From Gammaproteobacteria bacterium (GTDB lineage: Bacteria; Pseudomonadota; Gammaproteobacteria; Steroidobacterales; Rariloculaceae), in NCBI GenBank assembly GCA_022819855.1, contig JAJEGN010000005.1, forward strand, positions 261,724 through 325,723: a stretch of 64,000 nucleotides of DNA, written 5' to 3'. The notes below the pieces were generated by a model. That model worked only from the letters and a program-made list of their open reading frames with translations. It ran no database searches and was not told the DNA's origin. Made by a program: the position numbers and the translations under genes. Positions within the stretch are counted from its first letter, which is position 1, and each line of letters opens with the position of its first letter. Below, piece after piece: positions 31,349 to 40,216 of the stretch.

Positions 31349-32536
31349 ATGAAAGTTGGCCAGACCATTTATCTGGACCATCAAGCGACGACGCCCGTGG
31401 ATCGGCGGGTTGCAGCGGCAATGGCCCCCTACTACAGCGAGTCGTTCGGTAACCCGCATTCTTCCGATCACATCCTGGGTTGGCAATCAGGGCACGCAGT
31501 CGAAGCCGCCGCCGTAGGAGTCGCGCGATTGATCGGCGCGGACCCGGACGAAATCATCTTCACCTCCGGTGCAACAGAGTCGAACAACATGGCGCTTCTG
31601 GGCCTCGGGCACAGGGCCGCTGGTCTCACTCGCCGACGTATTCTCGTCAGTGCCATCGAGCACAGATGTGTGTTTGCTGCCGCCCGCGAACTTGAAAGAC
31701 GGCACGCGTTCACCATCCAGCAAATTCCGGTGGACCGGCATGGTCTGGTCGACCTTTCAGCGCTTGACGCGATGCTGGGCGAGGATGTTCTCGCTGTGTC
31801 TGTCCTAGCTGTCAACAACGAGGTCGGGACGATTCAGGACACTGCGGCGATTGCCGCACATGTCCACCCCCACGGGGCGTTGTTCCACTGCGACGCGGCG
31901 CAAGCACCCCTCGCCATGACCATGAGCTCGCTTGCCGAGCATGCGGATATGGTCAGTCTTTCCGGCCATAAGATGTACGGTCCCAAGGGTGTCGGGGCTA
32001 TCTTTATCGCGCGGGCGTTGCAAAGCCGGATCGAGCCGTTGATCTACGGCGGCGGGCAGCAGAACGGGCTTCGCTCGGGCACTTTGCCGGTACCACTGTG
32101 TGTGGGCTTGGGCGCGGCTGCCGAACTGCTATGCGCTGAAGGCGTGGACGACAGTCGCGCTGAGCTGCGCCGCCGCCGCGACGCCTTTGTACATCGTCTC
32201 AAAGGGTTGGCCTGGCCGATTTCGCTAGTCGGAGTCCAAGCGGAAGCGAGACACCCCGCCAATGCAAGCATCTGTTTTCATGGCTTTTCCGCGCACGCGA
32301 TATTGGGAGCGCTTCAGCCCCGGCTCGCTGCTTCGACTGGCGCAGCGTGCACTACCGGAACTCCGGAGCCATCGCATGTCCTGCGGGCCATGGGCCTTAG
32401 CGGAGACGATGCTGAATCAACCATACGGTTCAGCCTGGGTTTCGGTACAACTGACGACGACATTGAACGCGCGGTAGACCTGATCGAGGAAGCACTTGCG
32501 AGACTGGAGAAGACTCGCTTGGCGTGCTCGGCCTGA
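31349..32536 (+). CDS. sspA: class-V aminotransferase cysteine desulfurase (IscS/NifS/DndA family); SspA-like
   Basis: MKVGQTIYLDHQATTP N-terminus, PLP-Lys SLSGHKMYGPKG, catalytic Cys loop STGAACTTG. Divergent from sspB across a 160-nt AT-rich spacer. Confidence 0.8.
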   Translation: MKVGQTIYLDHQATTPVDRRVAAAMAPYYSESFGNPHSSDHILGWQSGHAVEAAAVGVARLIGADPDEIIFTSGATESNNMALLGLGHRAAGLTRRRILVSAIEHRCVFAAARELERRHAFTIQQIPVDRHGLVDLSALDAMLGEDVLAVSVLAVNNEVGTIQDTAAIAAHVHPHGALFHCDAAQAPLAMTMSSLAEHADMVSLSGHKMYGPKGVGAIFIARALQSRIEPLIYGGGQQNGLRSGTLPVPLCVGLGAAAELLCAEGVDDSRAELRRRRDAFVHRLKGLAWPISLVGVQAEARHPANASICFHGFSAHAILGALQPRLAASTGAACTTGTPEPSHVLRAMGLSGDDAESTIRFSLGFGTTDDDIERAVDLIEEALARLEKTRLACSA

Positions 32537-32582
32537 TCCGACAGGTCCGCGAAGCCTCTTCGCAATCTCGCGCCAAATATGC

Positions 32583-33395
32583 CTACCGCTGGCACGCCGC
32601 ACAGTAATAGCTTGCGCGCTGGCCCTGCCGGCGCATGCGGATCGGCAGCCCGCAGCGCGTGCACGGAGCGCCCGCGCGATCGTAGACCGCCAGCGACATC
32701 CTGAAGTATCCGGGCCGGCCGTCGCTCGCAACGAAGTCGCGCAAGGTCGTACCGCCCTCGCCGATCGCGTCGTTGAGCACGGCGCGTACCGCATCGGCGA
32801 GCCCGTCCAGCCTTCGCCGGGCAATCCTGCCGGCCTGCCGGGCCGGGTGGATGCCGGCGCGAAACAGGGCTTCGCTGGCGTAGATGTTGCCGACTCCGGC
32901 AACGACGCGGCTGTTCATGAGGTGCTGCTTGATCGCCACGCGCCGGCCGGCGCAGGAACGCGCGAGATACTTGCCGTCGAACCGGTCGCCGAGAGGTTCC
33001 GGTCCGAGGGATCGGAGCAGCGGATGGTCGAGCGGCTCGGCGGCGAAGTGGAGACTCCCGAAGCGGCGTGGGTCGTTGAATCGCACCACGCCACCGCCCG
33101 CGAGGCGCATGTCGACGTGATCGTGCTGCGTGGGACTGCGCGGGTCGGGCAGGTAGCGCAGGCTGCCTGACATGCCGAGGTGCAAGATTAGCGTTCCGCC
33201 ATCCGTGGCGATCAACAGGTACTTGGCGCGCCGACCGAGTCGCGCGATTCGCCGCCCGCCGAGCTTTTCGTCGAGATCGCTCGGTACGGGCCAACGCAGA
33301 CGCGGTTCACGAATCTCGAACGCCTCGATCGACCTGCCGGCGATCAGCGGTTCGAGGCCGCGGCGCGTCGTTTCAACTTCCGGAAGCTCGGGCAT
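32583..33395 (-). CDS. mutM: formamidopyrimidine-DNA glycosylase
   Basis: MPELPEVETTRRGL N-terminus and C-terminal zinc finger CTRCGLPI...YYCAACQ. Confidence 0.95.
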   Translation of the reverse strand: MPELPEVETTRRGLEPLIAGRSIEAFEIREPRLRWPVPSDLDEKLGGRRIARLGRRAKYLLIATDGGTLILHLGMSGSLRYLPDPRSPTQHDHVDMRLAGGGVVRFNDPRRFGSLHFAAEPLDHPLLRSLGPEPLGDRFDGKYLARSCAGRRVAIKQHLMNSRVVAGVGNIYASEALFRAGIHPARQAGRIARRRLDGLADAVRAVLNDAIGEGGTTLRDFVASDGRPGYFRMSLAVYDRAGAPCTRCGLPIRMRRQGQRASYYCAACQR

Positions 33396-33666
33396 GCTTG
33401 TGGTGTCCCGGTCGGTTCACAGTCGATGATGCAACTTCCAGTACCGGACGCCAGCCTAATCGCGCGGCATGCGCAGCGCCAGCGTGCCGCGATGACGCGC
33501 CTCGGGCGGCCCGGCCAAAGCCGCATGCCGCGGATTGATTGGCACTCGGGGTGGATGGTTCGTTGCCGTGCCCGGCTGCACCGTGCGCGACGGCGCGGCC
33601 GCTTGGAGCGCCTGTCCCCCATCGGCTATAGTGACCGGCCAGTCGAATTCGGCTACCGGGGCACTC

Positions 33667-34878
33667 ATGATCGAATTCCTCGCGACGTATCTCTATGGCC
33701 TGACCAATCTGAGCTGGTGGGGCTATATCCTGGTCACGCTGCTCTGGATGCACGTCACGATGATGGCGATCACGCTGTATTTCCATCGCGACCAGGCGCA
33801 CAGGTCCGTGGATCTGCACCCGGCCGTGCGGCATTTCTGCCGCTTCTGGCTCTGGATGAACACGGGCGCCTCGACGCGGGAATGGGTCGCGGTACACCGC
33901 AAGCACCACGCGCATTGCGAGCAGGAAGGCGATCCGCACAGCCCGAAGCTGTTTGGACTCAACAAGGTGGTCTGGCAGGGCGCCGAACTCTACCAGGCGG
34001 AGGCGAAGAAGCCCGAGACCGTGGAGAAGTACGGCAGGGGCACGCCCGACGACTGGCTGGAAAGAAACGTGTACGTGCCGCATCGAAACGCCGGCATCGT
34101 CCTGCTCGTGGTCGTCGATCTCGTGCTGTTCGGCATACCGGGAATCACGATGGTCGCCTTTCAGCTCGGCACGATGCCGATGCTCGCGGCGGGCGTGATC
34201 AACGGCCTCTGCCACGCGAAGGGCTACCGGAACTTCGAGACGAACGATGCGTCGACGAACCTCTGGCCCATCGGGCTCTTCGTCGCCGGCGAGGAACTGC
34301 ACAACAACCATCATGCGTTTCCGACATCGGCGAGGTTCTCGATGCGGCGACACGAGCTCGATATGGGGTGGCTGCATCTGAAGGTGCTGTCGATGCTTGG
34401 CCTGGCGCGTATCAGGCGCGTGGCGGCCCACCCGGAACTCGCCGAGGAGACGAAGGTTCCCGACCTCGATTCGCTCAGGGCCGTCATCGTCAACCGGATG
34501 CACATCCTTCGCCACTACACGAACAACGTCACGCTGCCGTTGCTGCGCCGCGAGCTCGACGGTGCCGGCGAGAACACGAGGTCGGTATTCAAGGCGGCGC
34601 AACGCCTGCTGCGCCGGGATCCGCAGATGCTTGACGAGTTGTCGAGCAGGCGCCTGGCTGAAATCATCGAGCGGCATCCGCGCGTTCGCGCCGTGCTCGA
34701 GTACCGCAACGAACTCAGAAGCCTCTGGGAGGGGGCGCACAGGAGCAACGAGAGCCTGCTGGCCGAGTTCCGCGAGTGGTGCCGCCGCGCAGAAGCGAGC
34801 GGCATACAGGGCATGGAGGACTTCGTCGTCTATCTGAGGTCGTTCAGGGCGACGCCCGACAACGCGTCGGCGGCCTGA
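33667..34878 (+). CDS. membrane fatty-acid (acyl-CoA/acyl-lipid) desaturase with a C-terminal helical extension of about 150 aa
   Basis: Three His boxes HRDQAH, HRKHH and HNNHH. Start set at the ATG at 33667 (MIEFLATY). Confidence 0.88.
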   Translation: MIEFLATYLYGLTNLSWWGYILVTLLWMHVTMMAITLYFHRDQAHRSVDLHPAVRHFCRFWLWMNTGASTREWVAVHRKHHAHCEQEGDPHSPKLFGLNKVVWQGAELYQAEAKKPETVEKYGRGTPDDWLERNVYVPHRNAGIVLLVVVDLVLFGIPGITMVAFQLGTMPMLAAGVINGLCHAKGYRNFETNDASTNLWPIGLFVAGEELHNNHHAFPTSARFSMRRHELDMGWLHLKVLSMLGLARIRRVAAHPELAEETKVPDLDSLRAVIVNRMHILRHYTNNVTLPLLRRELDGAGENTRSVFKAAQRLLRRDPQMLDELSSRRLAEIIERHPRVRAVLEYRNELRSLWEGAHRSNESLLAEFREWCRRAEASGIQGMEDFVVYLRSFRATPDNASAA

Positions 34879-34951
34879 GCCCGAGCTTCAACTGAACGGC
34901 TGCCTGGTCGTCGCACCGGCTTGCGGCGCACCGGCTTCCGGGCTGCCGCAG

Positions 34952-35107
34952 CTACTTGATCTTCGTTTCCTTGTAGATCACGTGCTTGCGGAGCTTGGGG
35001 TCGTATTTCATGACCTCCATCTTCTCCGGATGCAGGCGCCGGTTCTTCGTCGTCGTGTAGTAGTGGCCGGTGCCGCCGGTCGACATGAGCCTGATTTTCT
35101 CGCGCAT
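34952..35107 (-). CDS. rpmG: 50S ribosomal protein L33
   Basis: [24 protein letters not shown]..., 51 aa, directly downstream of rpmB. Confidence 0.93.
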   Translation of the reverse strand: MREKIRLMSTGGTGHYYTTTKNRRLHPEKMEVMKYDPKLRKHVIYKETKIK

Positions 35108-35121
35108 CGTGGTTTCCCGCC

Positions 35122-35358
35122 CTAGACCTTGACGCCGCGCGAACGCAGGTCCGCCACGACCTTCTCCAAGCCCCGCTTGTCGATGATCCTGAGTCCCTTC
35201 TGCGAGACCCTGAGCTTGATGAAGCGCTGTTCGCTCTCGAGCCAGAGCCGCTTGGTGTGGATATTGGGCAGAAATCGCCGCCGCGTCTTGTTGTTCGCGT
35301 GCGAGACGTTGTTGCCCGTCATGGGGCCTTTCCCCGTTACCTGGCAAACTCTGGACAT
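35122..35358 (-). CDS. rpmB: 50S ribosomal protein L28
   Basis: [32 protein letters not shown]..., 78 aa. Confidence 0.95.
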   Translation of the reverse strand: MSRVCQVTGKGPMTGNNVSHANNKTRRRFLPNIHTKRLWLESEQRFIKLRVSQKGLRIIDKRGLEKVVADLRSRGVKV

Positions 35359-35513
35359 GGCGCGATCGTCAGTGCTGCGAAGGGGCCGCGACTATAGCGC
35401 GCATGCCGAACGCGGGCAAGAACCGCCGCTCGACCCGCCATCACTGGCGACGCGGGCTTCCTTCCCCGCGGCGGGACTTTCGCCACGGCCTGCCAGGCGC
35501 CTGCCTCGGGTTC

Positions 35514-36191
35514 CTAGACCCAGCCTCTCTCGGCCAGCGAGACGTGGCCGTTGCGGCTGACGACGAGGTGATCGAGCAGCCGGATGTCGACGAGCGCGAG
35601 CGCTTCGGCGAGCTTCGCGGTAATCGTCCTGTCGGCCTCGCTGGGTTCGCAGTTTCCCGACGGGTGGTTGTGGCCGAGGATCACGGCGGCCGCTTCGTGG
35701 TAGAGCGCGCGCTTGAGGACTTCGCGCGGGTAGACCGTCGCGCCGTCCACCGTGCCTCGGAACAGCGCCTCGAAACAGATGACGCGGTGGCGCGTGTCGA
35801 GAAACAGGCAACTGAACACCTCGTAAGACAGATCAGCGAGCCGGGCCTTGAAGCAGCGGGCGGCGTCCTGCGGCCGTTTCAGCGCGCGGCGCCGGTCGGT
35901 CGGCCCCTCGATGCAGCGTCGGCCAAGCTCGAGCGCCGCGAGAAGCCGCGCGGTCCGCGCCGGCCCCAGGCCCTCCGCGCGGATCAGTTCTCTCGCCCCG
36001 CGGCGCATGAGCGCGTGCAGGCTGCCCCACTCATCGAGCAGCGTTTGCGACAGGGTCATGGCATCGCGGCCGGGAACGCCGGAGCCGAGCAGCACCGCAA
36101 GCAGTTCCCGATCCGACAGAAGTTCCGCACCGGCTTCGAGAAGCCTTTCGCGGGGCCGCTCGCTGCGCGGCCGACTACCGAGATTCGTCAT
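35514..36191 (-). CDS. radC: RadC-family JAB/MPN domain protein (UPF0758)
   Basis: RPRERLLEAGAELLSDRELLAVLLGSG N-terminus and JAMM motif HNHPSG. Start at the ATG at 36189-36191. Confidence 0.88.
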   Translation of the reverse strand: MTNLGSRPRSERPRERLLEAGAELLSDRELLAVLLGSGVPGRDAMTLSQTLLDEWGSLHALMRRGARELIRAEGLGPARTARLLAALELGRRCIEGPTDRRRALKRPQDAARCFKARLADLSYEVFSCLFLDTRHRVICFEALFRGTVDGATVYPREVLKRALYHEAAAVILGHNHPSGNCEPSEADRTITAKLAEALALVDIRLLDHLVVSRNGHVSLAERGWV

Positions 36192-36469
36192 GTGTTGGTT
36201 TCCACAGCTTGAGCGCAGCATGGCGAACGGGCGTCGGTAACGCAGCCCGAATTTGTCGGCAAGTCGCGGAGAAACGTCAGCGGTGAGCAGGACATCGCGG
36301 CAGCCCCGCCGCGCAGCGTTGCCGGATCGGGCGCAACGTTGACGGCGGCCTCGCGGCCAGCCGCCCTTGGCGACACCCCGCGTCGCGCCGGTCCAACGCA
36401 GGGGGGTCTTTCGCCGCGGGTCGCCGCTCCGGTGGAAATACCGGTGCGAGCGGGGGTAAGCTCACGGCA

Positions 36470-37747
36470 TTGGAACGCACGGCCGACCGCATGTCACGAG
36501 AATCCGGCAGTTCTTCGCCACGCATCCTGCTCGGCGTCACCGGGGGGATCGGCGCTTACAAGAGCCCCGAACTCGTTCGGCGTCTCGTCGAACGCAGCGC
36601 CGAGGTACAGGTCGTGATGACGCGCGGCGCCGGTCAGTTCGTCACTGCGACGACGCTGCAGGCGGTCTCGTCGCGGCGTGTCCGCGACGACCTCTGGGAC
36701 GCCGGGGCGGAAGCCGCGATGGGGCACATCGAGCTTGCCCGCTGGGCCGATCTTGTCATCGTCGCGCCGGCGACGGCGCATTTCATGGGATCGTTCGCCG
36801 GCGGCCTCGCAGGCGATCTCCTGTCGACGCTGTGCCTCGCGACGACCGCGCCCGTCGTCCTCGTTCCGGCGATGAATCGCGTCATGTGGGAGCACGCCGC
36901 GGTGCAGGCGAACCGGGCCGTGCTCGAGGGCCGCGGCGTCCGGCTGCTCGGGCCCGTCGAAGGCGATCAGGCCTGCGGCGAATACGGCATGGGCCGGATG
37001 ATGGAACCGGTCGAGATCGCCCGCGAGTTGCTGGACGGGCGGGTCGTTGCCGGACGCCTCGAACCGCAGCGCCTCAAGGGCGTCAAGGCCGTCATCACCG
37101 CCGGCCCGACGCGCGAACCGATCGATCCCGTGCGCTACATCACGAACCGCAGCTCCGGCAAGATGGGCTACGCCATTGCCGAAGCGGCAAGAGACGCGGG
37201 CGCCGACGTCGTCCTGGTCAGCGGTCCGGTGTCGTTGCGAGTGCCCGGGGGCGTGCGCCGCGTGGACGTCGAGACGGCCGAGCAGATGTACGGCGCCGTG
37301 CATCGCGAGATCCACGACACGGAGCTGTTCATCGCCTGTGCGGCAGTATCGGACTATCGTCCCCACCGTGCGTCGGCGCGCAAGATCAAGCGCAGCGACG
37401 AGGAAATCAAGGTCGATCTCGTGCGTTCGAAGGACACGCTGTCGAGCGTTGCCGCCCTCGCTCACCGACCGTTCTGCGTCGGCTTCGCCGCCGAGACCGA
37501 GGATCTGGATCGGCACGCGCGCGACAAGCTCGCCAACAAGGGGCTCGACATGATCGCCGCCAACCGTGTCGGACCCGATTGCGGCTTCGATGCCGAGACG
37601 AACGCGCTCAAGGTGTTCTGGCCGGGCGGCGAAGCCGAGTTCGGCGAGCGGGCGAAATCGGTCCTTGCACGGCAACTCGTCGAACTCGTCGCGGAGCGCT
37701 ACCACGCGGCGCGCGAGACGCCGCAGACGTCGCTGCTGGCAGGATAG
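36470..37747 (+). CDS. coaBC: bifunctional phosphopantothenoylcysteine decarboxylase / phosphopantothenate-cysteine ligase
   Basis: Flavoprotein N-domain ILLGVTGGIGAYK and C-terminal CoaB domain (ITAGPTREPIDPVRYITNRSSGKMG). Start may be the Met at 36491. Confidence 0.93.
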   Translation: MERTADRMSRESGSSSPRILLGVTGGIGAYKSPELVRRLVERSAEVQVVMTRGAGQFVTATTLQAVSSRRVRDDLWDAGAEAAMGHIELARWADLVIVAPATAHFMGSFAGGLAGDLLSTLCLATTAPVVLVPAMNRVMWEHAAVQANRAVLEGRGVRLLGPVEGDQACGEYGMGRMMEPVEIARELLDGRVVAGRLEPQRLKGVKAVITAGPTREPIDPVRYITNRSSGKMGYAIAEAARDAGADVVLVSGPVSLRVPGGVRRVDVETAEQMYGAVHREIHDTELFIACAAVSDYRPHRASARKIKRSDEEIKVDLVRSKDTLSSVAALAHRPFCVGFAAETEDLDRHARDKLANKGLDMIAANRVGPDCGFDAETNALKVFWPGGEAEFGERAKSVLARQLVELVAERYHAARETPQTSLLAG

Positions 37748-37847
37748 CGCATGGCGTTTTCCCGGAGCCTTCCGGACGCGTTCGCCGCGTATTGTTCGCA
37801 GTCGTCGCGGCCGCTAGCATGAGTGCTCATGCGGGCATGAGGAAGGC

Positions 37848-39398
37848 GTGATGGGTATCGCATGCGGGCGGAGTGGCTTCATCGCATTCCGAAGCAGGGT
37901 TGATCCTTACGGTCGCGCCCTGCTTGCGAATCCCGGCGCGCCCCCGGTTGTGTCTGCCGGTCTTGCGAAGCTGCTTGGCGGCGCGCCGGTGCTCCGTCTC
38001 CTGTTGCCGATCGCGTCGATCCTCCTGGTCGCCGCGCCAATCCAGCCCGCAGTCGCCGAGCACCCGTCCTGCGCGGACCGCCCGGTCATGGCCGGCGCCG
38101 TCAGCACGCGCGCCGATGTCCGTTCGTTCGTGCAGTGCGCGTACGAGCATGTTCTCGAGGTCGGTTTCGAAGCTGCGCGCCAGGCGTTCCACGACGATGA
38201 GCGCTGGAAAAGCGGGCCGATGTACGTCTTCGTCGCCGAAGTCACCACCATGAGCGATCAGGCGCGCGTGTTTGTCTTTCCGCCCGACCCGGCGCGCGAA
38301 GTAGGGCCGTTCGGGCAGGTGATTGACGCGTGGGGCAACGATGTGTTTCGCGAGTTCCATCGAATCGCCACCCGGTTCGACGAAGGCTGGGTCTACTACT
38401 CATTCACGAATCCCGCCACGGGCGACGACGCGCCGAAGGCCTCATACGTCAAGCGGATCCAGTGGAACGGCATCGATGCCGTGATCGCCGCGGGGCTCTA
38501 CAGCCGCGATTTGCCCGCCACCTGCGAGGCCGACGAAGTCAACGCTGCGATTCTCGATGCCGAGGGCGGCAACGGGCGGCTGGCGGAGTTCGTGCGTTGC
38601 GCCGCGCTGGAACTGGAACCGCTGGGCTATTTCGCCGCCCAGGCGATGATCGCCGAACCGCGCTGGCGCAGCGGCTCGATCTACCTGTTCGGTGTGGATA
38701 TCTACGGCAACGTGCTGTTCAACGGCGATCCCTGGAACCGCTGGTTCGGCGCCTCGACCCCGGAACTCGACCGGGACGGGCAATTCGGCGGCTACGATAT
38801 CCTCCGGGTCAGCGAAGCGTTCGGCGAGACGTTTCTGGCCTACGAGGCGCGAAATCCGGCGACCGGTCGAACCGAGAACAAGATCGCCTTCGTCAAGCGC
38901 GTGGTCACTTACGGCATGCCCGTGCTGCTCGCCGCCGGCTACTACCCGTCCGAGGACGGGGGCATGGCGGTGTCGATATACGGCACCGGTCCGGGCGCGC
39001 CTTTCCTGGGGACGGTGCTCGTCGAGGATAGCGACATCGGTCTGCGGCTCTCCCCGTCGCTGAGCGGGCTCACGCCGGGCCCGCACGGTTTTCATGTGCA
39101 TGCGAATCCCGACTGCGGCAACGGCGGCCTGAACGCCGGCGGCCACTACGATCCGGATAGCACGGGTCGGCACGAAGGGCCCTACGGCAACGGGCACCTG
39201 GGCGACCTGCCCGTGCTTTCGGTCGCCGCGAACGGTACCGCGACCGTGCCCGTCGTCGCGCCTCGGCTGCAGGCAAGCGACCTGCAAGGCCGCGCGCTCG
39301 TGATACACGGCGGCGGCGACAATTATTCCGATTTCCCCCGGGCGCTCGGCGGCGGAGGTCCCAGAGTCGCCTGTGGAGTGATTTCCGCAGCGAACTGA
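37848..39398 (+). CDS. sodC: exported fusion protein: two tandem single-Cache-like modules + C-terminal Cu/Zn superoxide dismutase domain
   Basis: Signal-like N-terminus (LRLLLPIASILLVAAPIQPAVA). Two repeats of the pattern W(K/R)SG..Y.F......(W/L).Y...NP.TG....K..(Y/F)VKR. SodC motifs HGFHVHANPDCG, GHLGDLP, VIHGGGDNYSD, GGGGPRVACGVI. Confidence 0.8.
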   Translation: MMGIACGRSGFIAFRSRVDPYGRALLANPGAPPVVSAGLAKLLGGAPVLRLLLPIASILLVAAPIQPAVAEHPSCADRPVMAGAVSTRADVRSFVQCAYEHVLEVGFEAARQAFHDDERWKSGPMYVFVAEVTTMSDQARVFVFPPDPAREVGPFGQVIDAWGNDVFREFHRIATRFDEGWVYYSFTNPATGDDAPKASYVKRIQWNGIDAVIAAGLYSRDLPATCEADEVNAAILDAEGGNGRLAEFVRCAALELEPLGYFAAQAMIAEPRWRSGSIYLFGVDIYGNVLFNGDPWNRWFGASTPELDRDGQFGGYDILRVSEAFGETFLAYEARNPATGRTENKIAFVKRVVTYGMPVLLAAGYYPSEDGGMAVSIYGTGPGAPFLGTVLVEDSDIGLRLSPSLSGLTPGPHGFHVHANPDCGNGGLNAGGHYDPDSTGRHEGPYGNGHLGDLPVLSVAANGTATVPVVAPRLQASDLQGRALVIHGGGDNYSDFPRALGGGGPRVACGVISAAN

Positions 39399-39554
39399 GT
39401 ATGGATTCGGCGCCTGTCGGAGCCGACGCAAGCTGCGGCAGTTCAGCGAAACATTCAGGCGGACGCGGACATTTTTGCCGTGTCGCCGCAACGGCCAAGA
39501 TTCGAACCCGGTGACATACGACCGACCCCCTGAGAATCCATCGACGAGATCTCG

Positions 39555-40115
39555 ATGACTACCGATTCAGTACGCGAAAACGACGCGCCAGGCGATGTTC
39601 CCGCCGTGGACGGGCGCCTTGCCGCGGTTGTCGCTGAAGATCGCCGTGCGGCCGCGGCCGGCGTTCAAATCAAGCTTAGAATTCTCGACGAGCGCGTGGG
39701 AAGGGAAATTCCGCTGCCTGCGCGCGCAACGGACGGCTCGGCCGGCGTTGACCTCAGAGCCTGCCTTGCGGAACCCGCCACGCTCGAACCCGGCGCCACG
39801 CTGCTCGTGCCGACCGGTATCGCTATCCACATCGCCGATCCCGGCCTTGCCGCGGTGATCCTGCCGCGCTCCGGGCTCGGCCACAAGCACGGCATCGTGC
39901 TCGGCAATCTCGTCGGTCTCATCGATTCCGACTACCAGGGTGAACTGCTCGTATCGTGCTGGAACCGGGGAACCGACTCGTTTCGGATCGAGCCCGGAGC
40001 GCGGCTCGCGCAGCTCGTCGTCGTGCCCGTGGCCGCGTTCGATTTCGAGGTCGTCGAGGACTTCGCCGAATCGGATCGCGGCGCGGGCGGCTTCGGCCAC
40101 TCCGGTACGCGTTAA
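39555..40115 (+). CDS. dut: dUTP diphosphatase
   Basis: [30 protein letters not shown]. The annotated ORF has about 35 extra N-terminal residues; an alternative GTG lies at 39606. Confidence 0.9.
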   Translation: MTTDSVRENDAPGDVPAVDGRLAAVVAEDRRAAAAGVQIKLRILDERVGREIPLPARATDGSAGVDLRACLAEPATLEPGATLLVPTGIAIHIADPGLAAVILPRSGLGHKHGIVLGNLVGLIDSDYQGELLVSCWNRGTDSFRIEPGARLAQLVVVPVAAFDFEVVEDFAESDRGAGGFGHSGTR

Positions 40116-40216
40116 CCACGCTTGCGTTTCCCAGGCAGGGTTGGGCGGCACAGGGCGCGCAACAGCCGAACTGTCGCCGCTGGACTTACGCTCCGGCGCG
40201 GATATATGGCTGACGC

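Larger units (their letters stand above)
23040..32560. other. low-GC genomic island carrying a phosphorothioation (Ssp-type) defence module; boundaries approximate
   Basis: Hand-counted GC of sampled 60-nt lines is 42-52% in 24.3-25.1 kb versus about 77% at 22.26 kb. All five Ssp-like genes lie inside. The housekeeping genes ggt and mutM flank it. Confidence 0.7.

Noticed and set aside
32549-32563. Hairpin GCGAAG-CCT-CTTCGC between the convergent sspA and mutM stops as a bidirectional terminator
   Set aside because: The stem is only 6 bp with a 3-nt loop and has no flanking T/A tracts, so it is too weak to call.
22930-32600. Possible att-like direct repeats flanking the island (CAGGTCC occurs near both borders)
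   Set aside because: The match is only 7 nt, which is expected by chance. No integrase or tRNA lies at either border.
34880-34951. Tandem direct repeat AAGCCGGTGCG x2 (minus-strand reading) downstream of rpmG as a regulatory element or terminator
   Set aside because: There are only two short copies and no stable stem plus U-tract could be drawn. It is probably fortuitous in GC-rich DNA.
35108-35347. Extension of the rpmG ORF (131-aa track ORF) across rpmB
   Set aside because: L33 is 51 aa starting at MREKIRL. The extension overlaps the genuine L28 gene in a different frame.
39555-39660. Roughly 35-aa N-terminal extension on dUTPase as a possible extra domain
   Set aside because: It is low-complexity Ala/Asp/Arg-rich. 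This is most likely start-codon over-extension (alternative GTG at 39606). No motif is present.
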